DNA of 64,000 nucleotides, taken from NCBI GenBank assembly GCA_011109175.1, contig RDEW01000017.1:968671-1032670 (forward strand), in the 5' to 3' direction. This DNA is from Dicyema japonicum (lineage: Eukaryota > Animalia > Dicyemida). The position numbers and the translations under genes were made by a program. A model generated the notes under the pieces. That model worked only from the letters and a program-made list of their open reading frames with translations. It had not been told where the DNA came from and did no database searches. Positions 26,670 through 38,995 of this stretch are shown here, one piece after another (position 1 is the first letter of the stretch; every line of letters starts with the position of its first letter).

Positions 26670-26850
26670 CATGATTCAGCTTAGTGGTCGTGCTGTCGCT
26701 TAAGTGGTGTTCGATTCCCACACCGTTAACTACCTGGTCAATGACCCGGGCTTTTTTAAATCCTAAGATCTACCCGTTTAGGAGACTTCCAATGTCTGGC
26801 ATTCGAAAGGGATTTTGTCTTTGCTCCATTGGAAGGGTTACCATGATGGG
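26670..26850 (+). mobile_element. SINE family A copy with tRNA-like head
   Basis: A-box-like AGCTTAGTGGTC and B-box GTTCGATTCC (26709-26718), then the family body. Confidence 0.6.
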
Positions 26851-27420
26851 GATGTTAATCGACGTGATGGGTCGAATTTACATAATTCTCTATGATGACT
26901 GACAATAGAGTTGAAAGGACGTGTCTTCAGTTTCTTTGACTTTTTGATGCCATAAATTATTAAAGTGCCAATGTATGAACCTAATCACTAAGTTGTGCCT
27001 TCTGGTGTAGTCGCCTCCTGTAGCTGCGTGTAGCCATAATATGATCCATGATTTCATAGTGAATTTTTATCTGCAAGAAACGAGTTCCTGTCTTGAAGAT
27101 ACTCCTTGATAGCGCTAAGGTTTGCTTGGGTACCAATCTTGTACTTGAAAGCAAGGAATCCTGCGATTGTGGTGATATGTGTTTTCTTAGCTTAAGGACC
27201 CGTATACACTAATCTCATGGATCTATTCTTTACGTTTTCCGCGATAGTCCTCAAAACTCCGAGGACACTCCAGATTATTGGCAGACTTCTCAAGACTCTT
27301 AAGACCAACCACACTGAAATATTCATCAATGTCATCCATCATGGGAGACAACAAATCCCCTTGCAATATTCTTATGAGTTGATTTATGAGCAGTCCAATA
27401 CTCAACTGGGATGATGGAAG
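26850..27420 (-). mobile_element. RLE-type (R4/NeSL-like) non-LTR relic
   Basis: ILQGDLLSP and DYTRRHNLVIRFIHW motifs on the minus strand. Confidence 0.5.
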
Positions 27421-27479
27421 TCGTAAATTGAAACCATTATTGACAGGAGAGTCAGAAATGCACTATTTTGTGAAGAATG

Positions 27480-28000
27480 GGAAGGGGACCAGCCTTGGTC
27501 GACTGTTTCTACCAGAATGGTTGGTGTAGCCGTCAGGGATTGCCACGTCGTTAATCGCGGTCTTAGGCCTCCTTGTATAATGTCGTCTGCATGATGTGAA
27601 GAGACTCACATATTATTTGTCGACACCTCCAGGCGTAGTCCTTCCAACCATTGAGTTAAGGAATTGAGCATCCTCTGAACTATTTGAGCGACGATTCTGT
27701 ATTACCTGCCTTTAGCAGCAATGACTATGTCGTCCGCATATGAAAGGAGACAATTTTGGGGGTTGTGGCATGTCGTTTATATACAAATTGAACAGTGTTG
27801 GCGATAGTGGGGATCTTTGGGGAACACCACTTGAGAGAAAAAGTGTCCTATACTTCACGTTGTTGCAGATTCCCAACTCACGTTTTCCGCTCAGAAAAAA
27901 GCTTGTTGACGCACAACACCTGGCCTGAATCCCAAAAGTTCCCGTTAAGCGGATACTTCAAGAGACATGATGCCTAGAATGGACACTTCCTAATTCCACT
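27480..28000 (-). mobile_element. LINE RT relic
   Basis: SGVPQRSPLSPTLFNLYINDMP..(Y)ADDIV on the minus strand. Confidence 0.75.
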
Positions 28001-28393
28001 AGGGGAACTCGATAAAACCAATTTCAGTTATTCCCGGGGGATGATGCATCAAAGCCATGTTATTCCTTATGTGACTTCATGGGACTACCGTTTCTAAATT
28101 CCACGTGGACTACTTTAGACAGTTGAAGGTGGATATAAATATTCGCGCAAATATACAAGCAAATGTGATCAAGAGGACCATTGATAGCGGTTCCCTGAGA
28201 GTTTCTTTGCAACCTACAGAGACAATTGTGAACAGTTTGTCTAAATCGTGACTGGGGGAAGCGAAGATTCGGAGGAAAAGTAATATGGATATTTTTTATT
28301 AATAATAAAATTTTTTTTAAAAATAATAATTAAATATTAATTAATTAAATTTAAAATTATTTGCTCTTTTTTCTAACAAATTACATGTTTTGG

Positions 28394-28755
28394 TTACTTT
28401 GGTCTTCTAACAATATTTCTAAAGTTCTTTACTCCATTAAATAGGCGACGACCTGCATTTTTGACTGATTTGTTATCACATTAATCACCTTTTTTGATCA
28501 CGTGTCGCTGTTCGCACAATTTTATGTAGTCTTTGATATTTTTCCTTATTTTATCATCATTATTCTTGAGAACATAGGAAATTACAGATTCCTTATCTGA
28601 TTGGCCCTCTTCTTTGGGGGAAACTGAAATTAACACGTAAAATACAATTCCATTCAGACTTGAGGACATTCCTATATGCATCTTCACTCAGATCAATGAG
28701 TACCTTTAATAATATTGATCACTCCCTCCGTTGTTTTGCTCTCCATTTCTGTCAT
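28394..28755 (-). CDS. Orphan protein of about 90 aa, 4 introns of 21-24 nt
   Basis: Four GT-AG micro-introns give one frame: MTEMESKTTEGVINIIKDAYRNVLKSEWNFSPKEEGQSDKESNNDDKIRKNIKDYIKLCEQRHVIKKVKNAGRRLFNGVKNFRNIVRRPK. AT islands flank both ends. Confidence 0.55.
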
Positions 28756-28864
28756 GCTTGTGATTTTTTCATTTTATAATATTCATGAGATTATATGACT
28801 CCAGTAATATTATCAAATTATAATATACACAGATTAGAGAACCATTCTGTAGAATTCACTGTAG

Positions 28865-29140
28865 CACGTGGTGCCGTGTGGCTACTTGATTAATGATTTT
28901 ACTCCCTTCCCTCCGGTAGTGTCATTGGATCTAGGGAGACGCCCAATGCATGGCCGGCATTCAAAGGAGCAATCTATTCATTCCACCGGGAGATGATTTC
29001 GCTCCCTGACGACGAGTCCTGGAATCGACTTCAGCTTCCGGGACAACGTCCTCTGGATCACTGTGATTGGGTGATGGATTCTGGAATGAGTAAGGATCAA
29101 GGAATTAGTTTGGTTTACCCCTGGCCTTTGGAATAATTCA
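28865..29140 (+). mobile_element. SINE family A, near-complete copy with CACGTG head and LINE tail
   Basis: Head CACGTGGTGCCGTGTGGCTACTTGATT, shared body, tail TTAGTTTGGTTTACCCCTGGCCTTTGG. Confidence 0.72.
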
Positions 29141-29199
29141 ATTGAAGTGACTCTCATTTGAGGGTCTTTTTGGCTCAACGTATAGTCTGGTGGTATCGG

Positions 29200-30300
29200 A
29201 TCTCCTTGGAGTATTAGTTTTTAATGCGATATGGAACCACGAGCTCATTAAGTTTTTTTTGAAAAATCCAGTTCAGGTGACAGAACAGTGACTCGTCAGA
29301 TCGGTGTTTTAATATTTGAATTTGGTTTCACTGTCCATTCCATCGGTTTTTTGACGGATGGAATCATTGATAGGCGACATTTTATAATCTCCGAAGATTT
29401 GAGACCACTAAGCCTTGATGACTTCATTTGACAAAGCAGTAGGACTTGTTAGCCGACGGATTCTTCTATGTCGCCTCCATAGACTTTGATGGTCACTTAG
29501 CGCAGTCTCCAAGTGACAAAGGAGAGTCCCATTGAGTGCTCACATTATATGCGAGTTCTCTCGACAGTTTAGCCAATTCGAACTCTCATCTTCATGTTGG
29601 CTAAAAGGACTCTTAATTTCACTGAGTCAGAGCCCGGAAATCCTTCCACTGCCTTCAGTGGTAGAACTCGACGGACTGTGTCGAAAGTCTTCGATAAGTC
29701 AATGCCAAGGATTTTAGTTGCGCTTTGGTATCTTAGGTTCACAGCGCCATTTGTGTCTCCAAACTATATCCGTCGTTGATCCCCCAGTCCTAAATCCACT
29801 TGGTGCAAGGTAGTCGTCCACTTGATCTCTGATGCGACTCATTGTAGCTTTCATTGTAGCTAGCACCATGCTTTTAGTAGAACATTAAAGAAGATTACCG
29901 GGGGAGGATTTCCCCTAGGCCAGCTGTCTTGTATGGTTTCAGGATATGTATTAGGAGTCCAGATCCAAAGGAGGGGGTATTCTTTCCTGGCACACATAGT
30001 GTTTAAAAGGATTGTAATTTTATCAATTAGCACGGGGGGTCCATATTGGAGAAAATCTGGGTTGATGCTGTCTAGTATAGGAGAACAAACATTTTCAGTT
30101 TGCCCATTGTCCTTACGACCCCCTCAAAAGTATTTGATGTTTCCAATTGTGGTGTCCACGTACAAATCGAATGTTCTTCTGGGAGAAATTTATCTTGGAT
30201 TCTTGCTTCTTTCGGTCGATCATCCGTATCACTGTAGAAGTCAGCTTTAAGAGCTGACCATATACGGTGGCAACCCATTCTTCTGACAGCTGGGTCATGA
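29200..30300 (-). mobile_element. Decayed LINE RT relic
   Basis: KILGIDLSKTFDTV (RT motif) on the minus strand near 29700; many stops. Confidence 0.55.
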
Positions 30301-30361
30301 AATTTAAATCAATATAATAAACTGTAAATCAATAATAATAAAAAAACCAAAAAGTACAAAA

Positions 30362-30589
30362 ATGTCGAATAAATTTTTATTATATTTAATATTTCTTACG
30401 TTTAATGTGACAATGCTGGCTTTATTTTTAATATTTATTTTTTTTGCTGACATTACTGACAGTGTCACTTGCCGTTATATACAAGAATCTGAGCTTCCAC
30501 TGCCACCAATAACTGACAGTGATTTAGGAGAGGAGGAAGCGAACATACAAGGAGTGATTGAATTTTTTGACGGCCAACCTCCTAAATAA
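30362..30589 (+). CDS. Small orphan secreted or membrane peptide with acidic C-terminus
   Basis: ATG directly after an AT island, hydrophobic N-half, acidic/Pro C-half, and a second AT island after the stop. Confidence 0.55.
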   Translation: MSNKFLLYLIFLTFNVTMLALFLIFIFFADITDSVTCRYIQESELPLPPITDSDLGEEEANIQGVIEFFDGQPPK

Positions 30590-31479
30590 ATTAAATATTA
30601 ACAAATTTATTTTAATATCTTAAAATAAAACTCAGCTTAATTTAACCAACAAAAATATTCAACAATCAAAAACCTTCCTCACCTGCCTGCTCGCTAACCT
30701 CCCAGGTTTGATTCTGTTGCTTTTGTAAACAGCTCGAGATAGCCCTTTCCAATTGAGCCCTCACCCATATGGTATCTCCGGGCTCTATTTCCTATACTCC
30801 AGTGTCAGGCTCTCTAGAATCCGTGATACCTACATCGACTTCTCACGTGCGATCTAACCCGAGTTCACGTCTTTCTTTCCGAATCGAGAGTTTTCCCTCG
30901 ATCCACGTGGCTGTCGGACTTATTAATGAAGTGATTTGCGGGCCCACAAAGGATTCATCCTTATGGAAGTATCTGCTTCGGATAAATTTGACACGAAAAC
31001 GAAGGCCCTCATCAAAAAAGAAACAGACTACAAAAACGAGATAGAACAGCAGATCTGACTTCAGAAATCTCTGATATTCTATCTTTTATATTTCTCCCAA
31101 TATTTTGCCGTTCTATCCGCACGATTCTTTATAGATACACTGACGGAATCTTCAGTTCAACAGTGGAACGTATCTTCCATTTCTGGTTTGAGGAATAATC
31201 ATGAACGTAGGTCACACTACCGTTCAGACTCGGAGGACTTGGAATTAGCAACTATAGATTTCTCTCCGCTTATCCTCGACGCTAATGGCTATTGTAAAGA
31301 GGATTTTACACTCCCTCCCCGAATTTTCTACTGACCAGGACGTCGATCATGAACGTGAGTAGCCGTACTTATTGTTTGTTTCATCTTCCTTTAACTCTCA
31401 ACGGGGTTTGGATGATGCCTGAAGTCATTTGAAGATCTACTGGTGTATCTAGCAACATTACCGTGCTCTTCTGTTGACG

Positions 31480-31800
31480 GTGGCGTCTTCCAAGAGCGGA
31501 GCCTGGCTCAATGCCATTCCTAATAGAGTTTTGGACACCATTGTGGATGATGAATGCGTCCGTATTGGGAACTCATTACGACTCGGATTAAAGTCTATGT
31601 GCAGCATCCATGCTGATGTGGGGACCAGATTGACAGTTTTTAGTATGCACTCACTCACTTGAAGAAAGACCTTGAACACAGTCATTAGTATAGCTTTAAA
31701 TGCTGCCGGACACCTTTCAATGCTCGAACAAGTAGGCTAGGCAGACGTGAAGAAAGACAACCTGATGGGATAACCATCTTCCCACTTGAAGACTAAAAAA
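31480..31800 (+). mobile_element. CRE-like non-LTR relic (C-terminal zinc-knuckle/RLE region)
   Basis: SGAWLNAIP..LRLG..C..VFSMH.L is homologous to the 59670-60100 region. Confidence 0.6.
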
Positions 31801-31904
31801 TGTGTTATAAAATGATTATCGTGTATTCTGGGCATAAACATATTTTTTAAATGCTTCAACTCTAATTATCATGGTATTGATGATTATTAAGAAACCCAAA
31901 AAGG

Positions 31905-32093
31905 GGCCATGCGCCCAACCCAGAAGTACTGCAATACTGGAGGACGCGCGGTATGGCGGAAGCAAGCTTCGGCAACGCACACCAATTTACAAAAATAAGC
32001 ATTATATCTTGCCCCTTGTAAGGGCGTCCCAGATATAAAGCTGGAAAGAACAGATACTACACTTTGATCTTAGCCAAAAGGCCGAGAAGCGAC
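31905..32093 (-). ncRNA. RNU2: U2 spliceosomal snRNA
   Basis: Minus strand TCGCTTCTCGGCCTTTTGGCTAAGATCAAAGTGTAGTATCTGTTCTT, Sm site ATTTTTG, and stem-loop IV loop TATTGCAGTAC. The 3' end is approximate. Confidence 0.97.
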
Positions 32094-32454
32094 ATCTTCC
32101 TAGAATGCACGGATAAATATAATTTTCATTTAAACAACTGTCAACATTACCATTATATTTGCTTTGAACTTTTGATATTAAGATTTAAATGACATTTTTA
32201 TTGTTCGTCATATAAAAATTTTATAAATAATATTTACAAAATTTTTATATTTTCAATTTTCGTTTCTTAGTCTCAGAACTCGAAGACTAGTCATATTTTT
32301 TGGTTGAGCTGGCTGGTGTCGTGGCTCATTGGAATTATAATCTTTTTACTGTCTAGTTCAAGCTATGTAGAATCTCTAGTTTTTCCATAATGTTTTGAAC
32401 ATTCTCTTCACCTCTTTTAGCTGCTCTTCAATCTCGTTCTTTATGAGCAGGATT

Positions 32455-32690
32455 ACTGGTGAAGATTACCAGTATGAAATCTCTTCCGCCTAAAGTAATG
32501 TCCGCGATGGTTAGACGTATTATGAAAATGAAGAGGGTGGACCAACTTCTTCACCTATCTTTCGGAAGAAGGATAGATTTGGTACGCATAAGTAGACGTT
32601 CTCCCTTGAGTTCCTTCCTTGGATTAATTAGTCGTTTGTGCTGGGCTTACCAAAGATACAGTCTGAGGTAATAAATAAATACTGGACACC
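32455..32690 (+). repeat. LINE 3'-end fragment, family B (copy 3)
   Basis: Colinear with 13225-13475. Confidence 0.7.
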
Positions 32691-32699
32691 TGAGTTCCC

Positions 32700-33720
32700 T
32701 TATTTCACAATTGATTTTGATTCAAAAGTTTTTGTTCATGAATTTCATAGTCGCGAAGAAAATAGCATCCAATTTTCGCCACGAGGAGGTGACTCACATC
32801 GAAAAATACTACGGGAACGCCCAACACTATCAGCTGGACCCTTGGAAACCCATTCAGAGGAATTCTGATTCACCATAAAAAATGCACCCTGTTAGAATTC
32901 CTCTGCAGCCACAAAAGAAGGCACTTCTGAAGAGAAGTTGGGTCGCTGGGGAACATTCAAGGAGAGCTAGGGAGATATTGGAAGCTGGGATCACGTAAGT
33001 AGTGGGTTCAACCTATCTTTCTACCAAGCCTTCTAAGATTATTTCATTTTTGGAGACAATCTTTACAGCATCTTCTTGACTTCCTAATCAGCGAGATAAC
33101 GCGCTTCATGTGTCTGGAAAATACCGTCATCAAAACCCATGGATGAGCGACGGAATGATCGTCCACGAAAAATGAACAGAAACGTCGGTTTCTCCCCGAC
33201 ATAGTTGGGTGATTACGGCCTCGTGGGTCACACTAACAAATACCTTATTTCATGACATACGACGTTCAAACCCTTTGAAGTGGAAGTTGAGATGAAATAG
33301 GCACACCGCAGGGTCAACTTGGACGAAAGCCAGATTGATCTTTTGAGGATTCCGCATCTGTGACATCTCTTTTCATGGCCCGACAGTCGTAGATCCTAAT
33401 AAGTGGTCTTTCTGATGTTCACCAGGCGTATTAGAGAAGAGGCTACCGTATTGACAGTGTGCTAACTTTGCGACGCTGTCCCCTTGCATATTTACGGAAC
33501 AGTTTATCGACTGATTGGTAAGGGAAGAGTGTCTCACATAAGCTAGAGGATCATTGTCTTCCACCCATATCGGTACATTCTTCCGACCCATTTCCGTTAA
33601 TCTCCACTAAAAGGGTTTTATCCCCTTCCTCTTTAAATTCGACCAGCCTTTTCACCACTGTCCTTTTCTCTTTCGTTTTTTCTTTTACTTTGCATCTTCT
33701 CTGCCTAAACTGTTGCACTT
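32700..33720 (-). mobile_element. Decayed LINE (APE remnant and RT remnant)
   Basis: Eroded NG(V)PQGS motif near 32850 and an APE-like S.I...DH segment near 33400-33520. Confidence 0.4.
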
Positions 33721-33829
33721 TGCTTTGGGGGTTCCTTCACACTTGGATCCTTACAGCTTTATTTAAATTTACAAAACCAAAAATAATTTTTTAAAAATTT
33801 GGAGATTTAGAAAAATCTTTTTTAAGCTT

Positions 33830-34080
33830 GTGGTCCCATGTGGTCACTTGATTGAAGATTCCTGTTTGTTTCTCTTGTTCCACCTCTTCCCTTCTCTAAT
33901 AGAGTGACTTCCTGTGATCCACCTGTCTTAGGTGACGGTCAGTGCCAAAGTGACGCACAAAAGGATCATTTGATCTTTCTCTCTCCACTGGAGGGGTTCC
34001 CACAACTGCAAGGAATGGATGTCTTCTAAATTTTATGCTGGTTCTTAATGGACTCGTGTAACATTGGAAGAACTCTGCTT
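33830..34080 (+). mobile_element. SINE family A copy (a second partial copy lies at 34390-34555)
   Basis: Head TGTGGTCCCATGTGGTCACTTGATTGAAGAT; body colinear with the minus-strand copy at 51030-51405. Confidence 0.65.
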
Positions 34081-34649
34081 CTATGACGATTACACTTCAA
34101 AGACAAGTCTAAGTCTAGTTGTTTGCATGTACAAAAAAGTCTGAAATGCTAACTATTGCGGAGTCTATCCATAGAAGTAGCCATTCAGGGATTCGTAAAC
34201 CGGAGCAAGAATGTTTGCACTTCTATTTTTCAATAAAATTATTGAACAATTACATGTTTTTTACTCCAATTAGAAAATTAATTACCCACCATTCTGCCTT
34301 CCGCTTATTTTAGGGGAGACCTTAAACGATTCCAGGGAAACCTTACAAATGTTAAAATATTTGAATACGAGCCCAGGTTGAATACGAGCTCTCCCCACTC
34401 CACTGGAGGGGTTTCACAACTGCACCTATGGACGTCTTTTACCCTTTATGTTGATTCCGGATGGACTCTTTCTGTAGAAGTGGAAACTGGATACACTTAA
34501 TTAGTTGTTTACTTTAACTTTTTTCTCGGTGTGTCCGGGGTTAATAAATAAAATAATCCGCAGATAAAATCCGGACGGATGGTAAGCCTACCTTAAACCA
34601 ATGTCGAATAGAACAACACTTTTTATTAAGATAGTTGTGGGGGATTACG

Positions 34650-35250
34650 GTATTAAAAATCCTGCGGTGAGGCCTGGATTCTTTCTCAGTTTTACCCCCT
34701 CTAGATTAACAGTCTCTTCTGAATGAACGTGTCATCCACTTTGGTCCTCAGGAGAAAACCCTTGACCCGTTCCACCACCACGTTCCTTACTGAGTTATCA
34801 GGGTTTCTTTCTCTTAGTGCTTTTTCACCTCTTCACGAAGGGCCAGCTTGATTATTCTTTTTTTGGGAGAAAAATACCATCCTTCACATCCGTAGATGAG
34901 TGAGGGCAGAATAATTCGTTCAAAAATAACGATAAACGCCTCCTTCAAATCGATTTTTCGGCACCTCCAACATAATCTCCTCTACATCCAAAACAGACAC
35001 CCTAATAACGCAGATGATCAACATTGCTGATACCACTCAGTGTGGACTCCTGTTGAAAAAACTTTCATCTGCGGAAACTCCCTTAACAACAACAAATGTA
35101 AATGTTCTTGGGTCACAACATATTTGGATTGAAGAGAGCGTTTGATTATTTGACTTGTCCTTGTGACTGAGGGTGTCTTGGTTTTCCATGAATCTCTTTT
35201 ATCCCCAATCACATATTAATCTTGGAACTTCAGAGTTACCAAACTCTTTT
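34650..35250 (-). mobile_element. LINE RT C-terminal relic, same family as 39960-40360
   Basis: FERIILPSLIYGCEGWY versus FSRIILPGLGYGCEAWY. Confidence 0.6.
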
Positions 35251-35429
35251 CCATTATCTCTATTTTTTGTTTTTTTAAGGAAAAGAAGACCGATCCCTCG
35301 ACCTCTTCTATTTTCAACCCTTTAATCGCTTTGTTGACTCAAAATAAAATTTTATTTTTTAAGAAAAAAAAGGCAGATCTCTCAAAGCTAAACGGGATCA
35401 CCGAGAAAGAGAGGGAAAAGTAATGTCAA

Positions 35430-36180
35430 CTAGTTAGGTGATCCCAGTTCCCGCAACCAAACGTGCCATCCATAGCCTGTGCGTCTCCATTGTTCCCACT
35501 GTCGAACGGACATCTTTGATCCTTGCAGAGGAGGCAGAAGAGAAGATCGTTGCAGGCAACACGGTCCGTGCAAGATCTACTAAACCTGATGGGTCTTTGG
35601 TTCCTGAAGAACCGTCTGAATACATCACCAGGAAAGTCACATGTAATGACGTTTACCTCAGCACAAAAAGAATTACGGGCAACACCACGAATAACATTGT
35701 ATGCCTCCCCGCTTTCCCATTAAGAAGATCCTTTCAATCCTTGGAGTCATCCTGGATCCCTTACTCACCCATCAAGTGGACCGAGTAACCGCGAGGATCC
35801 AAAAGGAAATTGGAATTCTCAAGGTGTTCACTCACTCTCTAGTATCTTCCCGTCCATCGTTGGAGTTTCTGTACAAACAATTTGTTCTACCTAGCTTCGA
35901 GTACGCCTGTGCTGCATGGATTGCCCCTTCAACATCGGCACAGACAAGCTGGAGGTTTTACAAAATCGATGTCTCAGGATTCTATTGAGATTGTCGAAAG
36001 AGACGTATACCTTGTTACTACAGAGAACACTAAACGTGGAATACCTTACGGAAGGTCACCGGAACTTCCTCAAGATGGCAAAGTCCCCTGATCATCCCAT
36101 CAGACCGCACATCAGACTATATATGGACGCCTGCCCGAGATATGAAAAAAACCTTCCCCGCTGTGGAGATTAATCTAGGA
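35430..36180 (+). mobile_element. LINE RT C-terminal relic
   Basis: ILGVILDPLL..LYKQFVLPSFEYACAAW..KLEVLQNRCLRILL. Confidence 0.75.
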
Positions 36181-36743
36181 CTCCAAAAATAACCGCAGGA
36201 AAAGGACTGGCATGGACACCGTAATCACTGCATGTTGAGTAGAATCTGTTGACTATAAATAAGAGTTTTTCATGCAGTCTACCAATTCTTGTGAATCATG
36301 ATTAATTCAGTTATAAAATGTGTTCCCTGAATCTCTGCAGAGGAGCTCGATCTAGGTATTTTTCTTTAAAGGAGATTGGAATTCCCCACCCCGACTCCAA
36401 CTGTAACTGATTCCATTGAAATTATTTCAAAACCAAGGGTAAACCAAACTAACTAGGTGTTCTAACTTGCTTCTACGGTTTGTCTCAAAATCTCCATAAA
36501 GGAGAAGACTTCTCATATCTTGAGAAGGTTTCAGATATGAGCAAAACTCGCTTGTCTAGCAGACGAGATACAGTGGGCATTGCTGAAGAAATAGAGGGTG
36601 TGGAAATCATCTCCATATAACCACCCCCATCACCTAATTAGAAAACAAGGACGATCTCCCAATTTTTAGTAAAACCAACAAATAACTCCGAACATGAATA
36701 ACATTCCAAATATAAGACATGACAAAATCAAGTTAGAAAGTAA

Positions 36744-37231
36744 TTAAACAGCAGTCTTTCCCTTATATGGAGTGGTCTTCACACCACTTTTGAGTGACTT
36801 GAGATAGTTGACCTTCCTCCTTATGAGTTTGTTCATGCTCTGCTTGGCCCTCATGTATTTGTATCTGTCATAGTCGTTCATGTTCATTTTCTAAGAATTC
36901 ACTGACAATAATTACAGTCTTGACAGACTGGAGGGATTTATAGAAGGAGGTATTCTCCCATTGCTCGTTGACGTCACCCCAAGCCTGTCTGATTTCCTTC
37001 TTTTTGGCGCCAAATTGTATGTCTATTTTCAGTGGGGTGGGGGAAACCCACTTGCACTTGACTGTTTGCCTGGAGACAGACTGGTCAGGGCATCCACGAA
37101 GTACTATAATGACGAACAAGTGTTACTGTGTTCTGGTCGACAATGTTGACTACACACATTATTCTGTCTTTCATTTTGCCGCGTTAAATATAAACTATTC
37201 TCCCAACTTGTATAGAACGGTCTTCAGACAT
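36744..37231 (-). pseudogene. RPL14: RPL14 pseudogene within an inverted segmental duplication (about 36515-37350 versus 61765-62580)
   Basis: Same exons, both introns and the upstream AT island as 61885-62373. CAA has become TAA at 37184-37186 and there is a 1-nt deletion near 37090. Confidence 0.9.
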
Positions 37232-37389
37232 ACAGCAACAACACACGTGAAACACGTTATATTAAAAAATTATTTAAATTAATTACAAATTAATATATAA
37301 TATTTATTTGTTACTTTTTGGTAGGTTTTCATTATTTTAGTGATACAAGACACTCCGCAAAACCAATTGTCCAAGAACTAAACACCCTA

Positions 37390-38995
37390 ATGAAGTTTTA
37401 TGTCGGAATCAGCCACAAGAAATTCCTGAAAACCAGCCCTTCCTTTACGTCCACGAAGCCAAAAAGGTCTTCTTCATTATATTCTTTATCACACTCCGAT
37501 ATTTGGAATGAAGTCAAAAATACAAAATCGTCCCTCTCCTGCGGTCCTGATCTGATTCCGGCTATTGTGCTCAAACATCTTGGCCCAATTGGAATAGAAG
37601 CGCTCCGGAACATCTTTAACTTTTCAATTAACCCTAACCAAATTCCAGACATTTGGAAACAGTCCAACATACGCTCAATTATCAAGCCGGGATGGCCGAA
37701 GAACGACCTCTCTTCGTACAGACCCATTGCACTATTATGCTCATTCTCTTAGCTCCTGGAAAAACTCGTTCTACACATCATTTACCCCGCCCTTCCCTTG
37801 CACATCTCCAACATGGTTTCAGGAGAGACCGGTATACATCAACACACCTCATCTCATCAAAAAAGATTCATTATTGAAGGCTTTTCTGCAAAACCACATC
37901 TAAAGTCTGTTTTATGCTCTCTCGACCTACAAAAGGCCTTCAATTCTGAATCCAGAAAAATCCTCACTCAAAAAATATTTAGACTATCCATCAACTCGAC
38001 ATAAAATTATGGCTTTCAAATTTCCTCAGCGGAAGGAGAAAACGTGCATGTTCGATGGGATTCGATCAGTCTCAAGATTACTTCCAAATGGAGTTCCCCA
38101 AGGCTCCACTTGTCTCCTGCCCTATTCAACCTATACCTTTCCGACATTCCCAACCCAGTTATGGAAGACTCGAAAATTCTCGCCTATGCTGATGACCTAC
38201 TCATTATTTCACGTGATAAAGACCTCATGAATGCTTCAAAAAATACAAGAACTCTTGCTTCAAATTCAAACTTGGCTACACCAAAACCGGATGAACATAT
38301 CTCCCGAAAAATCCTCCACCACTCTATTTATCTCGGATAAAAGGCACGGAAGATGTACCGTTGATCTATTCCTGGAGAACGAAAAAATCCCTTTTACGAA
38401 CAACCCTAAAATTCTGGAGGTCACTTTTGATACGCACATGTGTTTTTCTGCCCATATTGAGAATACCATTGGAACTTGTGAGAGGATAATTGGTTTAATA
38501 AAAACCATATTTCGTGGAATAAAAAAGCCATTCTCGCTTTCGGAATTCTTTATAAACAATTCATCGAGGCAACAATCAGTTACGCCTGTGCAGCATTGGG
38601 AAGAATTATTCTCTCGTGGACCAACCGACTTAAAGTTGATAACACTCTATGTCGAGCGGCGACTACCAAAATTCACATCGCAAAGCTGAACAACATTTCA
38701 CCCAGTCTCTTCGACCACCTTATTGAGCAAAACGGCAAAAGCTTCTTGACGTTAACCTTCCAGCAGGACCTGTCGTCAACAGTCCGTCCTGTATCAAGAT
38801 CCAGAAGCACATCACACCAGTTAGCTTTCTCACGAACACTGTCCCCCGCCCATAGCGTGAATGTGTTGGGTCAAAAGTCCAGCATCGGGAGAAGCTGAGA
38901 AAGCTCTTCAGGATTGTCGGGATCACCTAATTAATTTCAACGAGATTAACTATTGGTGTTTTTGGGTTAAATAATAAAAAAACTCCGCAAAACAA
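37390..38995 (+). mobile_element. LINE (I/Jockey-like) RT region with 3' tail, frameshifted
   Basis: GPDLIP..WKQSNI..KPG..SYRPIALL, LDLQKAFNS, NGVPQGS, LFNLYLSD, YADD; tail TTGGGTTAAATAATAAAA. Confidence 0.9.

Noticed and set aside
37184-37186. TAA at a Gln position in the second RPL14 copy, suggesting a ciliate-type code
   Set aside because: The other genes end in TAA, TAG or TGA and have no in-frame TAA/TAG at conserved Gln. This copy also has a frameshift, so it is a pseudogene lesion.
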